Assembly: GCA_046757025.1 (NCBI GenBank) | Contig: JBHHXN010000011.1 | Span: 1 to 64,000, forward strand | Direction of reading: 5' to 3' | Length of the DNA: 64,000 nt | From: a bacterium | Lineage (GTDB): Bacteria; Zhuqueibacterota; Zhuqueibacteria; Oceanimicrobiales; Oceanimicrobiaceae | In this document: positions 30,580 to 41,291 of the stretch, one piece after another | Position numbering within the stretch: position 1 is the stretch's first letter | Layout of the letters: each line of letters starts with the position of its first letter | Made by a program: the position numbers and the translations under genes | The notes under the pieces: generated by a model | Databases searched by the model: none | Seen by the model: only the letters and a program-made list of their open reading frames with translations | Told to the model about the DNA's origin: nothing

Positions 30580-30624
30580 GGGTGTTCAACCTTTAGGTTG
30601 CAGCAGGTTGAAGCTTGAACACCC
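30580..30624. repeat. inverted REP pair, GTGTTCA family
   Basis: GGGTGTTCAACCTTTAGGTTG ... CAGGTTGAAGCTTGAACACCC. Confidence 0.75.
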
Positions 30625-30677
30625 CTCTGTAATTTCATTTTGCAGAACTCTAAATTGAATTTAGATAGGAGGAAAAC

Positions 30678-31139
30678 ATGCTGCAGGAGGGACAGCGCGC
30701 ACCGGAATTTACCGTAAAAAATCACGAAAACGAAGAAGTGAGTCTATCGGATTTTCGAGGTAGAAACGTTGTTCTATACTTTTATCCCAAAGACAACACC
30801 AGCGGCTGCACCAAAGAGGCGTGCGGCTTTCGCGATTTGCGAGCTGAATTTGAACGCGTGAACGCCGTCATTTTAGGGGTCAGTCCGGACAGTGTGAAAT
30901 CGCACCGGAATTTCATCAGCAAATACGATTTGCCGTTTCCGCTCCTCAGCGATGTGGATAAAGAGGTGGTGCAACTTTACGGTGTCTGGCAAGAGAAAAG
31001 CATGTACGGCAGAAAATACCTGGGCGTAGTACGTACGACTTACGTCATCGACAGCGAAGGTATCATCCGCAAGATTTATCCGAAAGTGAAAGTGACGGAG
31101 CATCCGCAGGCGGTTTTGGATTTTGTCAAAAGTTTGTAG
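30678..31139 (+). CDS. bcp: thioredoxin-dependent peroxiredoxin BCP
   Basis: YFYPKDNTSGCTKEAC, GVSPD, RTTYVID. Confidence 0.95.
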   Translation: MLQEGQRAPEFTVKNHENEEVSLSDFRGRNVVLYFYPKDNTSGCTKEACGFRDLRAEFERVNAVILGVSPDSVKSHRNFISKYDLPFPLLSDVDKEVVQLYGVWQEKSMYGRKYLGVVRTTYVIDSEGIIRKIYPKVKVTEHPQAVLDFVKSL

Positions 31140-31171
31140 ATGAATTCGGATTAGAGTTGAATTAAAAAATT

Positions 31172-32056
31172 ATGCCTAAAATACATCTCATCGACGCCAG
31201 TCCGTACATATTTCGTGCATATTATTCCATCCCGACTTCCATGCAGGCGCCGGACGGAATGGTAGTAAATGCCATTTTCGGTTACACCAATTTTCTCATC
31301 CAACTGCTGAACAAAGCCGAGCCCACCCACATCGCGGTGGCTTTTGACGGCAGCTTGACCACGTCGTTTCGAAACGAGATTTACCCCGAATACAAAGCCC
31401 AGCGCGATGCACCGCCGGATGATTTAAAAGCGCAGTTTGAACATTGCTTCGAGGTGACGCAAGCCATGGGCATGCCGGCCTTCATCGATGATCGGTACGA
31501 AGCGGATGACATTATCGGTACTCTGGTGAAACAATTCGGGAACGCGAAAAATCAGGTGGTGGTGCTTTCCAACGACAAAGATCTGGCGCAGCTTGTGAAC
31601 GAGCGCGTATGGTTCTGGGATTTTGCCAAAGATAAAATGTACGACCCGGCGCTGGTGAAAAATCACTTCGGTGTGCGCCCGCAGCAAATCATCGATCTTC
31701 TGGCCTTGATGGGCGATTCAGTGGATAATATTCCCGGTGTTGCCGGCATTGGTCACAAAACCGCCACCGCGCTGTTGCGGGAGTTTGACTGCCTGGAAGG
31801 CATCTTTGCCGAACTCGAGGCAGTAGCAAATCTGCCCATGCGGGGTGCGAAATCGGTGCAGGCCAAACTCACAGCTGGCAAAGATATGGCGCAGCTTTCC
31901 AAACAGTTGGCCACAATCGCGTCTGATGTGCCGGTTTCGGTGAACCTGGATGCCATGTACTATCAGGGCGCCAACCCCTTCTTGATTCGGCCGTTATTCG
32001 AGCAACTTGGATTCGGTAAAATTCAGGAACGCATTCCGAAATGGCAGGATGGATGA
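31172..32056 (+). CDS. stand-alone 5'-3' exonuclease / flap endonuclease
   Basis: LIDAS..FRAYY, AVAFD, YKAQR, YEADD, DKDL, GDSVDNIPGVAGIG; no polymerase domain. Confidence 0.92.
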   Translation: MPKIHLIDASPYIFRAYYSIPTSMQAPDGMVVNAIFGYTNFLIQLLNKAEPTHIAVAFDGSLTTSFRNEIYPEYKAQRDAPPDDLKAQFEHCFEVTQAMGMPAFIDDRYEADDIIGTLVKQFGNAKNQVVVLSNDKDLAQLVNERVWFWDFAKDKMYDPALVKNHFGVRPQQIIDLLALMGDSVDNIPGVAGIGHKTATALLREFDCLEGIFAELEAVANLPMRGAKSVQAKLTAGKDMAQLSKQLATIASDVPVSVNLDAMYYQGANPFLIRPLFEQLGFGKIQERIPKWQDG

Positions 32057-32111
32057 ATTCAAGGTGATTTGAACAATTTGACTCGCCTATTTTGCAAATG
32101 GGTTGAGATTG

Positions 32112-32170
32112 GGTGTTCACGCTTTAGCGTGTCCTTTTCACTCACCCCAGCAAGCTAAAGCTTGAACACC
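32112..32170. repeat. inverted REP pair, GTGTTCA family
   Basis: GGTGTTCACGCTTTAGCGTG ... CAAGCTAAAGCTTGAACACC. Confidence 0.8.
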
Positions 32171-32236
32171 GATAATAAATCGCTCAATTCAAATTGAAAT
32201 GAATAAGAATGACGAACTAAATTAGATTAATCTTTT

Positions 32237-33076
32237 ATGAAATATCTATTTAAAATAAAACCCCCTGTTTCTGTGGCAGCGCTCCTTTTGGTTCAGATGG
32301 TATTTGCCGGTGGTGATTCAGAAATAGCCAAAAAACTAAGCCAGGCCGATGGGCCGATTCAGCCGGATCACCGTCTTTTCACCGAGGTGCTGCAGGATCA
32401 CGTGAAAGCGGGCGTGGTGGATTACCAGGCCATCAAAGCCGACCCGCGTTTTGAGAATTACATCGAATCGCTGCGCCAGACCGATCCGTATCAAATTCGC
32501 TCCGAAGACTTTTTATCGTTCTGGATCAACGTTTACAATGCTTTCACCATTAAAATCGTGTGCGATAATTATCCCCTCAAAAGCCTGACGGATTTGCACA
32601 CGGGCGGATTCATCATCTCGCATATCATCAAAAAAACCGTCTGGGATAAAAAATACGTGGAGCTTAATGGGCAAAAGTACACCTTGAATTTTATCGAGCA
32701 CAAGCTTTTACGTCCGATTGGCGACGCCAGGGTGCATTTTGCGCTGGTGTGCGCCGCCAGGAGTTGTCCGCCCCTGCGTTCCGAAGCGTTTGAGTCTTCC
32801 CGTCTCGATGCGCAGTTAAATGACCAGGGCCGGATATTCATGAGTCAGACGGACAAAAATCGATTTGATTTTGCCAATAAGGTAATTTATCTTTCCAAGA
32901 TATTTGACTGGTTTTCAGAAGATTTTGAAAAAAACGGCCAAAGTTTGTTGCAGTTCCTCACGCCTTTTTTAAGCTCGGAGCAAACGGCGTTTCTCGAAAA
33001 ATACCGCTACGATGTCAAGATTAAACATACCGATTACGATTGGCGGTTGAACAGAAAAAATGAGTTGACTTTTTAA
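32237..33076 (+). CDS. DUF547 family exported protein
   Basis: VDY, FWINVYNA, IEHKLLR, RVHFALVCAARSCPPL, SKIFDWF, YDWRLN. Confidence 0.92.
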   Translation: MKYLFKIKPPVSVAALLLVQMVFAGGDSEIAKKLSQADGPIQPDHRLFTEVLQDHVKAGVVDYQAIKADPRFENYIESLRQTDPYQIRSEDFLSFWINVYNAFTIKIVCDNYPLKSLTDLHTGGFIISHIIKKTVWDKKYVELNGQKYTLNFIEHKLLRPIGDARVHFALVCAARSCPPLRSEAFESSRLDAQLNDQGRIFMSQTDKNRFDFANKVIYLSKIFDWFSEDFEKNGQSLLQFLTPFLSSEQTAFLEKYRYDVKIKHTDYDWRLNRKNELTF

Positions 33077-33093
33077 GGATTTTCGGTTATATT
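33065..33093 (+). promoter_or_regulatory. sigma70-type promoter of accB-accC-gcvH
   Basis: TTGACT-17 nt-TATATT. Confidence 0.65.
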
Positions 33094-33228
33094 GATGTGC
33101 TTTAGTGCCTGCCTTAAAGATAATTCAATCATGAACAATTTCGACTGATGTGCTTAAGGCAGCGAAGAAAATTTGAAGTTGACTAAATCAAATATCATGA
33201 TTAATTCCGGAAATCTTTGAGGGAGGGC

Positions 33229-33714
33229 ATGAAAGAAGACGAAATCAGGCGATTGATAAAAATTGTCGAAGAGAGCAATATTGGTGAATTAGAAATAACA
33301 CGTTGGGGAAAAACCATAAAAATTTCCAAGTTTCCTCATAATTCACATACCATCGCCCCGAACTCCACCAACCCCATTTATCAAATACCCGCCTATCAGC
33401 AGCCGGTTGCAGCGACGCCACCAGTTGAGGAGGAAAAGCCCGTTGAAACCAAAGCCGAAGCGGAAACGAAAAAGCTAACCGAAATCAAAGCGCCCATGGT
33501 GGGTACGTTCTATAGAGCACCCGCGCCGGATGCGGATCCTTATGTGGATGTTGATCAGCCCATCAAAAAAGGACAGGTTCTTTGCATCATCGAGGCCATG
33601 AAACTGATGAACGAGATCGAGTCGGAAATGGACGGCCGCATTGTTGAAATCCTCGTGGAAAATGGGCAGCCGGTGGAATACAATCAACCTCTTTTTCGTA
33701 TTGATGCCGGTTAA
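33229..33714 (+). CDS. accB: acetyl-CoA carboxylase biotin carboxyl carrier protein
   Basis: [18 protein letters not shown]. Confidence 0.96.
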   Translation: MKEDEIRRLIKIVEESNIGELEITRWGKTIKISKFPHNSHTIAPNSTNPIYQIPAYQQPVAATPPVEEEKPVETKAEAETKKLTEIKAPMVGTFYRAPAPDADPYVDVDQPIKKGQVLCIIEAMKLMNEIESEMDGRIVEILVENGQPVEYNQPLFRIDAG

Positions 33715-33758
33715 TATTTGCAATACTTATTACGCATAATGTTATTTGGGGAATTGAC

Positions 33759-35114
33759 TTGTTCAAGAAAGTATTAATTGCAAATCGTGGTGAAATAGCT
33801 CTGCGGGTCATTCGAGCATGTAAGGAGCTGGACATCGCCACGGTGGCAGTTTATTCCGAAGCCGATACCGATTCCCTGCACGTTCGCTTTGCGGATGAGG
33901 TGGTGTGCATCGGGCCGGGACCGAGTAACCAAAGCTATTTGCAAATCCCACGCATCATCAGCGCAGCCGAAGTCACCGATTCGGAAGCCATCCATCCTGG
34001 CTACGGTTTCTTAGCAGAAAACGCCAACTTTGCGGAAATCTGTGCTTCGTGTAATATTAAATTCATTGGCCCAACCCCGGACATGATTTCCAGAATGGGA
34101 AACAAGTCTTACGCAAAAAAAACCATGCAGAAAGCCGGTGTGCCGGTCATTCCTGGCAGCGATGGCGTGCTTCACGACAAAGTACATGCAAAAAAAATCG
34201 CCAGTGAAATCGGCTATCCGGTGATAATTAAAGCTTCTGCCGGCGGCGGTGGACGCGGCATGCGCATTGTCCGCACTGCCGAGGTATTGGATACCGCGTT
34301 TGACACAGCGCGCGGGGAAGCCGAAACCGCTTTTGGCAATCCCGATTTGTACATGGAAAAATATTTTGAAAATCCCCGACATATCGAAGTTCAAATTCTG
34401 GGAGATTCCTTTGGTAACGTCATTGCGCTTGGCGAACGGGAGTGCTCGATTCAACGCAAACACCAGAAGTTGATTGAGGAATCGCCCTCGCCGGTGATCA
34501 CTCCTGAAGTCAGAAAGCAGATGTGCGATACGGCCATCAGAGGTGCAAAGGCTGTCAATTATCAAAGCGCCGGCACCATCGAATTCCTTTACGAAAACAG
34601 CCAATTTTATTTTATGGAGATGAATACACGCATTCAGGTAGAGCATCCGGTGACGGAAGCCGTGTTTGGAACGGATTTGATCAAACGACAAATCGAGGTT
34701 GCGGCTGGGAAAAAATTCAACTGGAACAAAGATTATAAGATGCGCGGGCATGCCATTGAATGCCGCATCAATGCTGAAGACCCCGCTCATGACTTCCGAC
34801 CTTCACCAGGGAGAATCACCAGTTTTCATGTTCCTGGCGGTCCGGGCGTGCGAGTGGATACCCACGCGTATGCCCAATACATCATACCGCCATTTTACGA
34901 TTCTCTCGTCGCTAAATTGATCACGCACGGTAAAACCCGGGAAGAAGCGCTGGTGCGCATGAGCCGCTGTCTCGAGGAATTTGTAATCGAAGGCATTCAC
35001 ACAACCATCCCGTTTCATCAAATGGTTCTGGAAGACCGCGATTTTCTAGATGGAAATTTTGATACGAAATTTGTGGAAAATTTTCAACGTAAATTATATT
35101 CCAGTGCTGCCTAA
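33759..35114 (+). CDS. accC: biotin carboxylase
   Basis: [38 protein letters not shown] start. Confidence 0.97.
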   Translation: MFKKVLIANRGEIALRVIRACKELDIATVAVYSEADTDSLHVRFADEVVCIGPGPSNQSYLQIPRIISAAEVTDSEAIHPGYGFLAENANFAEICASCNIKFIGPTPDMISRMGNKSYAKKTMQKAGVPVIPGSDGVLHDKVHAKKIASEIGYPVIIKASAGGGGRGMRIVRTAEVLDTAFDTARGEAETAFGNPDLYMEKYFENPRHIEVQILGDSFGNVIALGERECSIQRKHQKLIEESPSPVITPEVRKQMCDTAIRGAKAVNYQSAGTIEFLYENSQFYFMEMNTRIQVEHPVTEAVFGTDLIKRQIEVAAGKKFNWNKDYKMRGHAIECRINAEDPAHDFRPSPGRITSFHVPGGPGVRVDTHAYAQYIIPPFYDSLVAKLITHGKTREEALVRMSRCLEEFVIEGIHTTIPFHQMVLEDRDFLDGNFDTKFVENFQRKLYSSAA

Positions 35115-35152
35115 GGAGTTTGGTTTTTAATTAAATATGAAGGAGTCACGAT

Positions 35153-35530
35153 ATGGAATTACCTGAGGAATTATTGTACACCTCAGAACATGAATGGGTA
35201 TCCATTGCGGATGATGTGGCGACAGTAGGAATCACCGATTATGCCCAGGGCGAGTTAGGTGATATTGTGTTCGTGGAGCTGCCGCAAGTTGGCGACACGA
35301 CTACATACATGCAGCCGTTTGGCACCATTGAAGCCGTAAAAGCGGTTTCCGATTTGTACGCTCCGTTGTCTGCAGAAGTCGTAGAAGTGAATACCAAACT
35401 GGAGGACACGCCGGAGCTCATCAACGAAAGCCCTTACGGCGATGGTTGGTTGATTAAATTGAAAATCAGCGATCAATCTGAAGTTGAGAAATTAATGTCC
35501 GCGGAGGATTATCGTTCACAGTTACCCTGA
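35153..35530 (+). CDS. gcvH: glycine cleavage system H protein
   Basis: HEWV, GITDYAQ..LGDIVFVELP, EAVKAVSD, PYGDGW. Confidence 0.97.
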   Translation: MELPEELLYTSEHEWVSIADDVATVGITDYAQGELGDIVFVELPQVGDTTTYMQPFGTIEAVKAVSDLYAPLSAEVVEVNTKLEDTPELINESPYGDGWLIKLKISDQSEVEKLMSAEDYRSQLP

Positions 35531-35846
35531 TTGGAGCCGGCGGGTTCGTTCATAAATATGATGCTACCAACCGTAGTTGTATCAAGTTGGTACATTTCTG
35601 TAATTCAATGATGCAATAAGAATACGTGAGTTTTGAAATTTGTTTTCATCTAGTTCGGGTTTAAGGCTATAAAAAATAATATTTAAAGTTGCTGCACAAA
35701 ATTGACTATTTTTCCGGCATGATAATTGTGAGTATATCTGAACCAGTTCCATTTATTTTTGCTAAAAGTTAATTAACTAATAAAGATATTGCGATAATTT
35801 CCGATATTTTTATTAGCTGAATGTCACATAGAAATTAAAAAACTTC

Positions 35847-35875
35847 TTGACAAATATAGATTAATTGACTATATT
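35847..35875 (+). promoter_or_regulatory. sigma70-type promoter ~280 nt upstream of porV
   Basis: TTGACA-17 nt-TATATT. Confidence 0.65.
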
Positions 35876-36156
35876 TTTGCATTCATAACAATTTTAGGAG
35901 AGCGCTTATTCAAATTCGTTAAAGGTTTTGGGTTTAACAGTCGTATTGTGGTAATTAAAATTTTCTGCAACGAGCTAATTAGTGAACCCGTTCACCTTTA
36001 AACGAAAACGTTGTATGGGCGTGGAGTCCGAATGTTTAAAGGTGGTTCTATAAAACATAGAATCAAAAACCTTGTCATTCGGCTTTTCTGTTTATAGACG
36101 TATATAAAGATAATCATATCGAAAATTTTAATGAATTAGTTCTGGAGGTATAAATC

Positions 36157-37203
36157 ATGAAAAGAATAACCACCATTTTATCCGTTCTTTTCTTAACGAC
36201 ATTCGCAGCTACCAATGTTTTTGCCGTGAGCGAAGCCGCGGTGTTGTTTTTGTTAATTTCACCAAATGCGCGGGCTGGCGGCATGGGCGAAGCTTTTGCA
36301 GGTGTGGCAGATGATGTTTCAGCAAGTTACTGGAATCCGGCCGGTCTGGCGTTTCAAGAGGGCAAGCAATTTACTTCGATGTATTCGAAATGGTTGCCGC
36401 AATTCAATTTTAGCGATCTGTACTATTTATTTGGCGCCTACCGTCAGTCCATTGAGGGCTTGGGTACCATCGGGTTTAATATTACTTACATTAATTTGGG
36501 TGAACAAACCATTACCGAAGCCACCGGGCCCGAGCCTGTGGGTAAATTCAACAGCAACGAATGGGCCTTCACCTTTTCTTATGCGACCTTGCTTTCGGAG
36601 ACCATGAGTGTGGGATTAAATGTACGCTATATTCGCAGTAATTTATCCAGCGTAGGTGCCGGTACGGAAAAAGGCGATGGGCAAGCCGGAGCTTTTGCTT
36701 TGGACATTGCCATGTTGAAGAAAAATTTATTTCTGAATAACTTAAATTTGGGCCTCAACATTTCAAACATCGGACCCAAAATCACTTATGTGGATGCCTC
36801 GCAGGCGGATCCTTTGCCCACGAATTTCAAAATTGGACTGGCTTACCGGGCCATCGATCAGGAATTCAACCGGCTGACCTTTGCTTTTGATGTTAACAAA
36901 GAACTGGTTAAGAAAAACAAGAATGGTTCCACCGATTCAATCATCAAAGCATTTATCTCTGCATGGGATAACGAGAAAAAAAATCGCGGCATCATTTATA
37001 ACTTCGGAGCAGAATACTGGTATGCTAATTTAATTGCTTTGCGCGCCGGTTACTACTGGGACAAAGATGGCAACGTGGATTACCTGACGCTTGGTGCTGG
37101 ACTGCGTTACGACATCTACCAATTTGATTTTGGCTACATTTCAGCGGGTGAAAATCATCCCCTTTCGGATACCATGCGATTTTCTTTAACCGTCGGTCAA
37201 TGA
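36157..37203 (+). CDS. porV: type IX secretion PorV-family outer-membrane protein
   Basis: FLLISPNARAGGMGE, YWNPAGLAF, SKWLP, SNIGPKI, LPTNFKIG, GAEYWY, LRAGY, PLSDTMRFSL. Confidence 0.88.
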   Translation: MKRITTILSVLFLTTFAATNVFAVSEAAVLFLLISPNARAGGMGEAFAGVADDVSASYWNPAGLAFQEGKQFTSMYSKWLPQFNFSDLYYLFGAYRQSIEGLGTIGFNITYINLGEQTITEATGPEPVGKFNSNEWAFTFSYATLLSETMSVGLNVRYIRSNLSSVGAGTEKGDGQAGAFALDIAMLKKNLFLNNLNLGLNISNIGPKITYVDASQADPLPTNFKIGLAYRAIDQEFNRLTFAFDVNKELVKKNKNGSTDSIIKAFISAWDNEKKNRGIIYNFGAEYWYANLIALRAGYYWDKDGNVDYLTLGAGLRYDIYQFDFGYISAGENHPLSDTMRFSLTVGQ

Positions 37204-37278
37204 GCAGCCGATTTTCAATAACCATGTTTCAAAAATACGGGGATCTTCCCTTTATATAAACACTTAATTCAAAATTCC

Positions 37279-37327
37279 AAAAGGCAAGAATCGCTGCATT
37301 GTTTTCTTCAAAGGTTCTTGCCTTTTT
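37279..37327 (+). terminator. possible terminator after porV
   Basis: AAAAGGCAAGAA/TTCTTGCCTTTT inverted repeat with large loop. Confidence 0.5.
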
Positions 37328-37395
37328 AAGATCAGTGAATTGACTTTTACTAAATTTCAGTTTATTTTCATTCGAGGTGGTCGGGTTTATTGTTC

Positions 37396-40300
37396 ATGAA
37401 GAAAAAAAATATCCGTCGGCTTTTTTGTGTATTTTGTTTCATGGCACTTTGGCTGACAAATGTATTTGGCCAGAGCCTGAATATGATGCTTCATCCGAGC
37501 GGCGTATCCAACAGAGATTTGCTGGAAATCGGAACGCCGGTGAGTCGAATTAAAAATAAGGCGAGAATTTCCGCAGCGAATCAAGCCAGTCCAACGACCT
37601 TGAAGCTTTTGGCCCTGCGCGTGGAATTTCAGGAAGATAGCAATAATCTCACCACTGGCAACGGGAAGTTTGATCTGTCCACATCCAGCTCTGCGGTCAT
37701 CGATGCTCCGCCGCATGATTTGAATTATTTTCAAAACCAATTGCTGGCACTGGCCAACTATTTTCAAACCGTATCCAACGGCCAGCTGCTACTGGAAGCC
37801 GAGGTCTTTCCCAAAGAATCTTCCAGAAGCTATACCGTGTCTCAGGAAATGGCCTACTATTCACCGGTGCAGCCAGAGGAGCTGGTTGATCAACGATTGG
37901 CTGAATTATTTCAGGAAAGCTTGCAAATCGCCGACGACGCCGATGACATCGATTTTTCGCAATACGACAGCTTTATCCTTTTTCATGCGGGCGTGGGGCT
38001 GGATTTTGCCATCGATCTGGATCAAACGCCGCAGGATGTGCCATCGGTTTTTCTGGATTATTTGACTTTGCAGAAAATTTTAGGCAACAACGATCCAACT
38101 TATCCGGGCATTTCTGTAAACGAGGGTAGCTTTTTTGTGAAGGACGGGATGATTCTGCCGGAAACTCAGAGTCAGGAAGGGTTCCAGATCGCTTTGCTTG
38201 GCACCATGGCCATCATGTTCGGGCATCAGTTGGGGCTGCCCAACCTGTTTAGCACCGACACCGGCTTGCCGGGCGTTGGCATCTTTGGACTGATGGACCA
38301 GGGCTCCGGCAATTTCAGCGGCTTGTTGCCTGCGGAACCTTGTGCCTGGTCGAAGTTGTTTTTACGATGGGAAAACGCCATCGAAGTGAAAAACGGCACG
38401 GACCTGCAAATCGCGGCGCGCCACGCCAGAAATTCAAACAAAATTTATAAAATCCCCATCGATAGCCGGGAGTATTTCCTGCTTGAAAACCGTCATCGCG
38501 ATGTGAACGCAGACGGTATCGCAATCGGCCGGGACGCAAACGGTAAACGCATCGAGTTCAAATGGAACGAGGAAGGACAGCAGCTTATTTTCGATGGCTC
38601 CGTCGGGGTTATCACTCAGGTCAATGAATACGATTTCGGTTTGCCAGGGTCGGGTATTTTGATCTGGCATGTGGATGAGCGCATCATTGAAGCGAATTTT
38701 ACCGAAAACCGAGTGAACGCCGAACCCGAACATCGTGGAGTGGATCTGGAAGAAGCCGATGGCGCCCAGGACATAGGACAGGTTTACGGATTTTTAAGTC
38801 CGGGCTCGGGCGCTGAAAATGGCGTAATCGAGGACATGTTCTGGGGCTCCAACCCCATCAACATGCTGGTGAACGATTCTTCCAGCGTGGTGGCATTTAC
38901 GCCTTTTACCCGACCCAACAGTCTCTCCAATGCCGAAGCCAATTCGCACATTTTTATCACCGATTTTAGCGAGCCGGATTCCGTGATGACTTTCAGTGTG
39001 CATGAGAGTATTTCGCTCTCTGGATTTCCACAATTTACGGGCGCCGCAGATCGGGTAGTCAGCTCGCCGATGTTGGCGGATCTCGATGGCGATGAGCAGA
39101 TGGAAATCATTTTGAATTCTGAAAGCAGCACCAACTTGTTTGTATGGAAATTCGACGGCACGAAATTGATTGCAAACCAGGATGCCGGGCAAATTGAAAA
39201 AGTAAACGGCGATTTGACGTCTTACCCGCTTGCGATCTTTGCCACTCCAAAAGGGACGACTTCCTTTACGCCGGCGGTTGTCCAGAGAAACGCAGAACGT
39301 CTGGTGGTTGCAGTAACGGATGAAGTGGTAGCCGCTTATTTACCTCAAGACCTGGATTTCGACGGCCGGGCCGATAGTTTGTTCGTTTTTGCGAGCTCTG
39401 CAAAACTGACGACTCCGCCTTTGGTGGTGGAATCCGGCGGGGACTTCGATATCGTGGTGGGCAATGTCAACGGCGAGATAATAATCGTGAACAGCGACGG
39501 GTTTGGAACCGTGCTGGCAGATCCGGATGCTTTGGAAATAACCGGTCTGGCTTTGTATTCTCAAAACCGCATGGCCTTCACATCAAAGAACGGCGAAACC
39601 GGTTTGCTGGGAATCGACGGCACGGTTCACTGGCAAAATGCCCTGGGGGCGGTTTTTTCAAACGCGCCAGTGGTTGGGGATCTTGACAAAGACGGCGCTT
39701 TGAATATTGTGGCGGTTTCAGAAGATGGGCAGATTTTTGCCTTTGATCCACAAGGGCAAACGTTGGATGATTATCCAAAATCCACGGGTTTGAATCCGAG
39801 CTCCCAGGTGGTTCTGGGCGATGTCGATGGCGATAAATTTCTTGAAATGGTATTTGTCGCAGAAAAGAAACTTTACGCCTTCAATCACACGGGTTCGTTA
39901 ACCAGCCAGTTCCCTATTTTGCTTTCCGACGATATTTCACCGAAACAGATTTTTTCTTCTCCCATCCTGGTGGATTTCGACCAGGATGGCCGATCAGAAA
40001 TTGTGGTTGGTACACTTGAAAATCGCTTGGTGGCGTTTCATGCGAATGGGCAGCTCGTTAATGACTTTCCGCTATCCACAGGTGGCGCCATCAATTCAAC
40101 GCCAGCGCTGGCCGATGTTGACGCTGACGGCGATATCGAAATCGCCGCCGCGGCCGACGATGGATTCTTGTACGTTTGGGACCTAGTTGAGGAACTGCTG
40201 CCAGAAAACGTTGCCTGGGGCAGCTTGTTTCACGATATTCAGCATACCAACGCCAATTTAAATTCAGAATCGCCAGCGCAACCTTCCGGACAGCTCATGC

Positions 40301-40575
40301 CGGCGAAATTTGTTTACAATTATCCGAATCCCACTGAAGGCACCCAGACCACCATTCGCTATCGCCTGAATTTCCCCGCGCAGATTCAAATAAAAATTTA
40401 CGATCTGGCTGGCGAATTGATTGATGAATTTTCCGGGCCGGGACATGCGCAAGCGGATAACGAAGTGGAATGGCCTTTGAGCGGGGTCGAGAGCGGGGTG
40501 TATCTGGCGCGGGTCGAGGCCAAAGGAAATGGCTTGACCGATGTCGCGTTTGTGAAAATTGCGGTAGTTAAATAA
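37396..40575 (+). CDS. M6 (InhA)-like domain + FG-GAP repeats + T9SS-type C-terminal domain
   Basis: LALRVEF, IDFSQYD, FHAG, GLMDQG, AWSK, YFLLENR, GILIWHVDE; DxDGDxxxEI repeats; YNYPNP...IYDLAGE...SGVYL...KIAVVK. Confidence 0.85.
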   Translation: MKKKNIRRLFCVFCFMALWLTNVFGQSLNMMLHPSGVSNRDLLEIGTPVSRIKNKARISAANQASPTTLKLLALRVEFQEDSNNLTTGNGKFDLSTSSSAVIDAPPHDLNYFQNQLLALANYFQTVSNGQLLLEAEVFPKESSRSYTVSQEMAYYSPVQPEELVDQRLAELFQESLQIADDADDIDFSQYDSFILFHAGVGLDFAIDLDQTPQDVPSVFLDYLTLQKILGNNDPTYPGISVNEGSFFVKDGMILPETQSQEGFQIALLGTMAIMFGHQLGLPNLFSTDTGLPGVGIFGLMDQGSGNFSGLLPAEPCAWSKLFLRWENAIEVKNGTDLQIAARHARNSNKIYKIPIDSREYFLLENRHRDVNADGIAIGRDANGKRIEFKWNEEGQQLIFDGSVGVITQVNEYDFGLPGSGILIWHVDERIIEANFTENRVNAEPEHRGVDLEEADGAQDIGQVYGFLSPGSGAENGVIEDMFWGSNPINMLVNDSSSVVAFTPFTRPNSLSNAEANSHIFITDFSEPDSVMTFSVHESISLSGFPQFTGAADRVVSSPMLADLDGDEQMEIILNSESSTNLFVWKFDGTKLIANQDAGQIEKVNGDLTSYPLAIFATPKGTTSFTPAVVQRNAERLVVAVTDEVVAAYLPQDLDFDGRADSLFVFASSAKLTTPPLVVESGGDFDIVVGNVNGEIIIVNSDGFGTVLADPDALEITGLALYSQNRMAFTSKNGETGLLGIDGTVHWQNALGAVFSNAPVVGDLDKDGALNIVAVSEDGQIFAFDPQGQTLDDYPKSTGLNPSSQVVLGDVDGDKFLEMVFVAEKKLYAFNHTGSLTSQFPILLSDDISPKQIFSSPILVDFDQDGRSEIVVGTLENRLVAFHANGQLVNDFPLSTGGAINSTPALADVDADGDIEIAAAADDGFLYVWDLVEELLPENVAWGSLFHDIQHTNANLNSESPAQPSGQLMPAKFVYNYPNPTEGTQTTIRYRLNFPAQIQIKIYDLAGELIDEFSGPGHAQADNEVEWPLSGVESGVYLARVEAKGNGLTDVAFVKIAVVK

Positions 40576-40577
40576 TA

Positions 40578-41276
40578 GTGAAAAACCGATATTGTTATTT
40601 TGAAAAAGTTAAAAGCAGGGAAGCAAGGATTATGAAAGGATTCATGTTATTTTTTTCACTGGTATGGGTGTTTTCTGGTTTTAATAATTTGCCGGCTGAG
40701 CAAGGGAAAAAGAATGTTGCTCACCAAAATCGCCAAACAAAGTTGCAAGCTGTTTCGCCGTTTATCATCTTTATGGAAAATAAGCCTAAGCAATTTATCA
40801 ATTTTTCCATTTCAAAATATCAGACCGTGCATTTTGCACTGAATCGCCAGCGACTGTTTTATGTGGATTTTAAAAAGGATTCTGAGGATAACCCGGAAAT
40901 CGAAAAATGGCTTTTGCGAGACTGGTCTGCCAGGTTGTCCTTTAATCGGCAGCTCAAACCCATCTATAAAAATCTGCTGCCATATATTGGAATTGGCGCG
41001 GGAAATTGCTATATTCAAGACAGTAAATTAAATATCAAACGCGGCAAAAAATATCCTGAAGAAACTTTTCTGGATTATGAAATGCGTGGGTATTTTAAGC
41101 ATCCCGGAGTGTTTGGCGCGGCTGGGCTGCAGTTTCGACCGACTTCGAAAGCGTTCTTTTTTATTCAAAGCAAGTGTTCGATTTTGTTCGATCAAAATAA
41201 TTTTCTCATGCAGCCTTCCACAAAATTTACCGATTTAATTAACATTTCGACTGGCTTTCGATTCGCTATTTTTTAA
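40578..41276 (+). CDS. hypothetical outer-membrane protein
   Basis: Signal peptide from ATG 40632; PYIGIGAG, GAAGLQF, C-terminal TGFRFAIF. Confidence 0.65.
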   Translation: MKNRYCYFEKVKSREARIMKGFMLFFSLVWVFSGFNNLPAEQGKKNVAHQNRQTKLQAVSPFIIFMENKPKQFINFSISKYQTVHFALNRQRLFYVDFKKDSEDNPEIEKWLLRDWSARLSFNRQLKPIYKNLLPYIGIGAGNCYIQDSKLNIKRGKKYPEETFLDYEMRGYFKHPGVFGAAGLQFRPTSKAFFFIQSKCSILFDQNNFLMQPSTKFTDLINISTGFRFAIF

Positions 41277-41291
41277 AACCACAGAGGGAGA

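Noticed and set aside
34011..34790. 259-aa antisense ORF (likewise 19971-20576, 59337-59939, 41643-42212)
   Set aside because: Antisense shadows of well-supported genes
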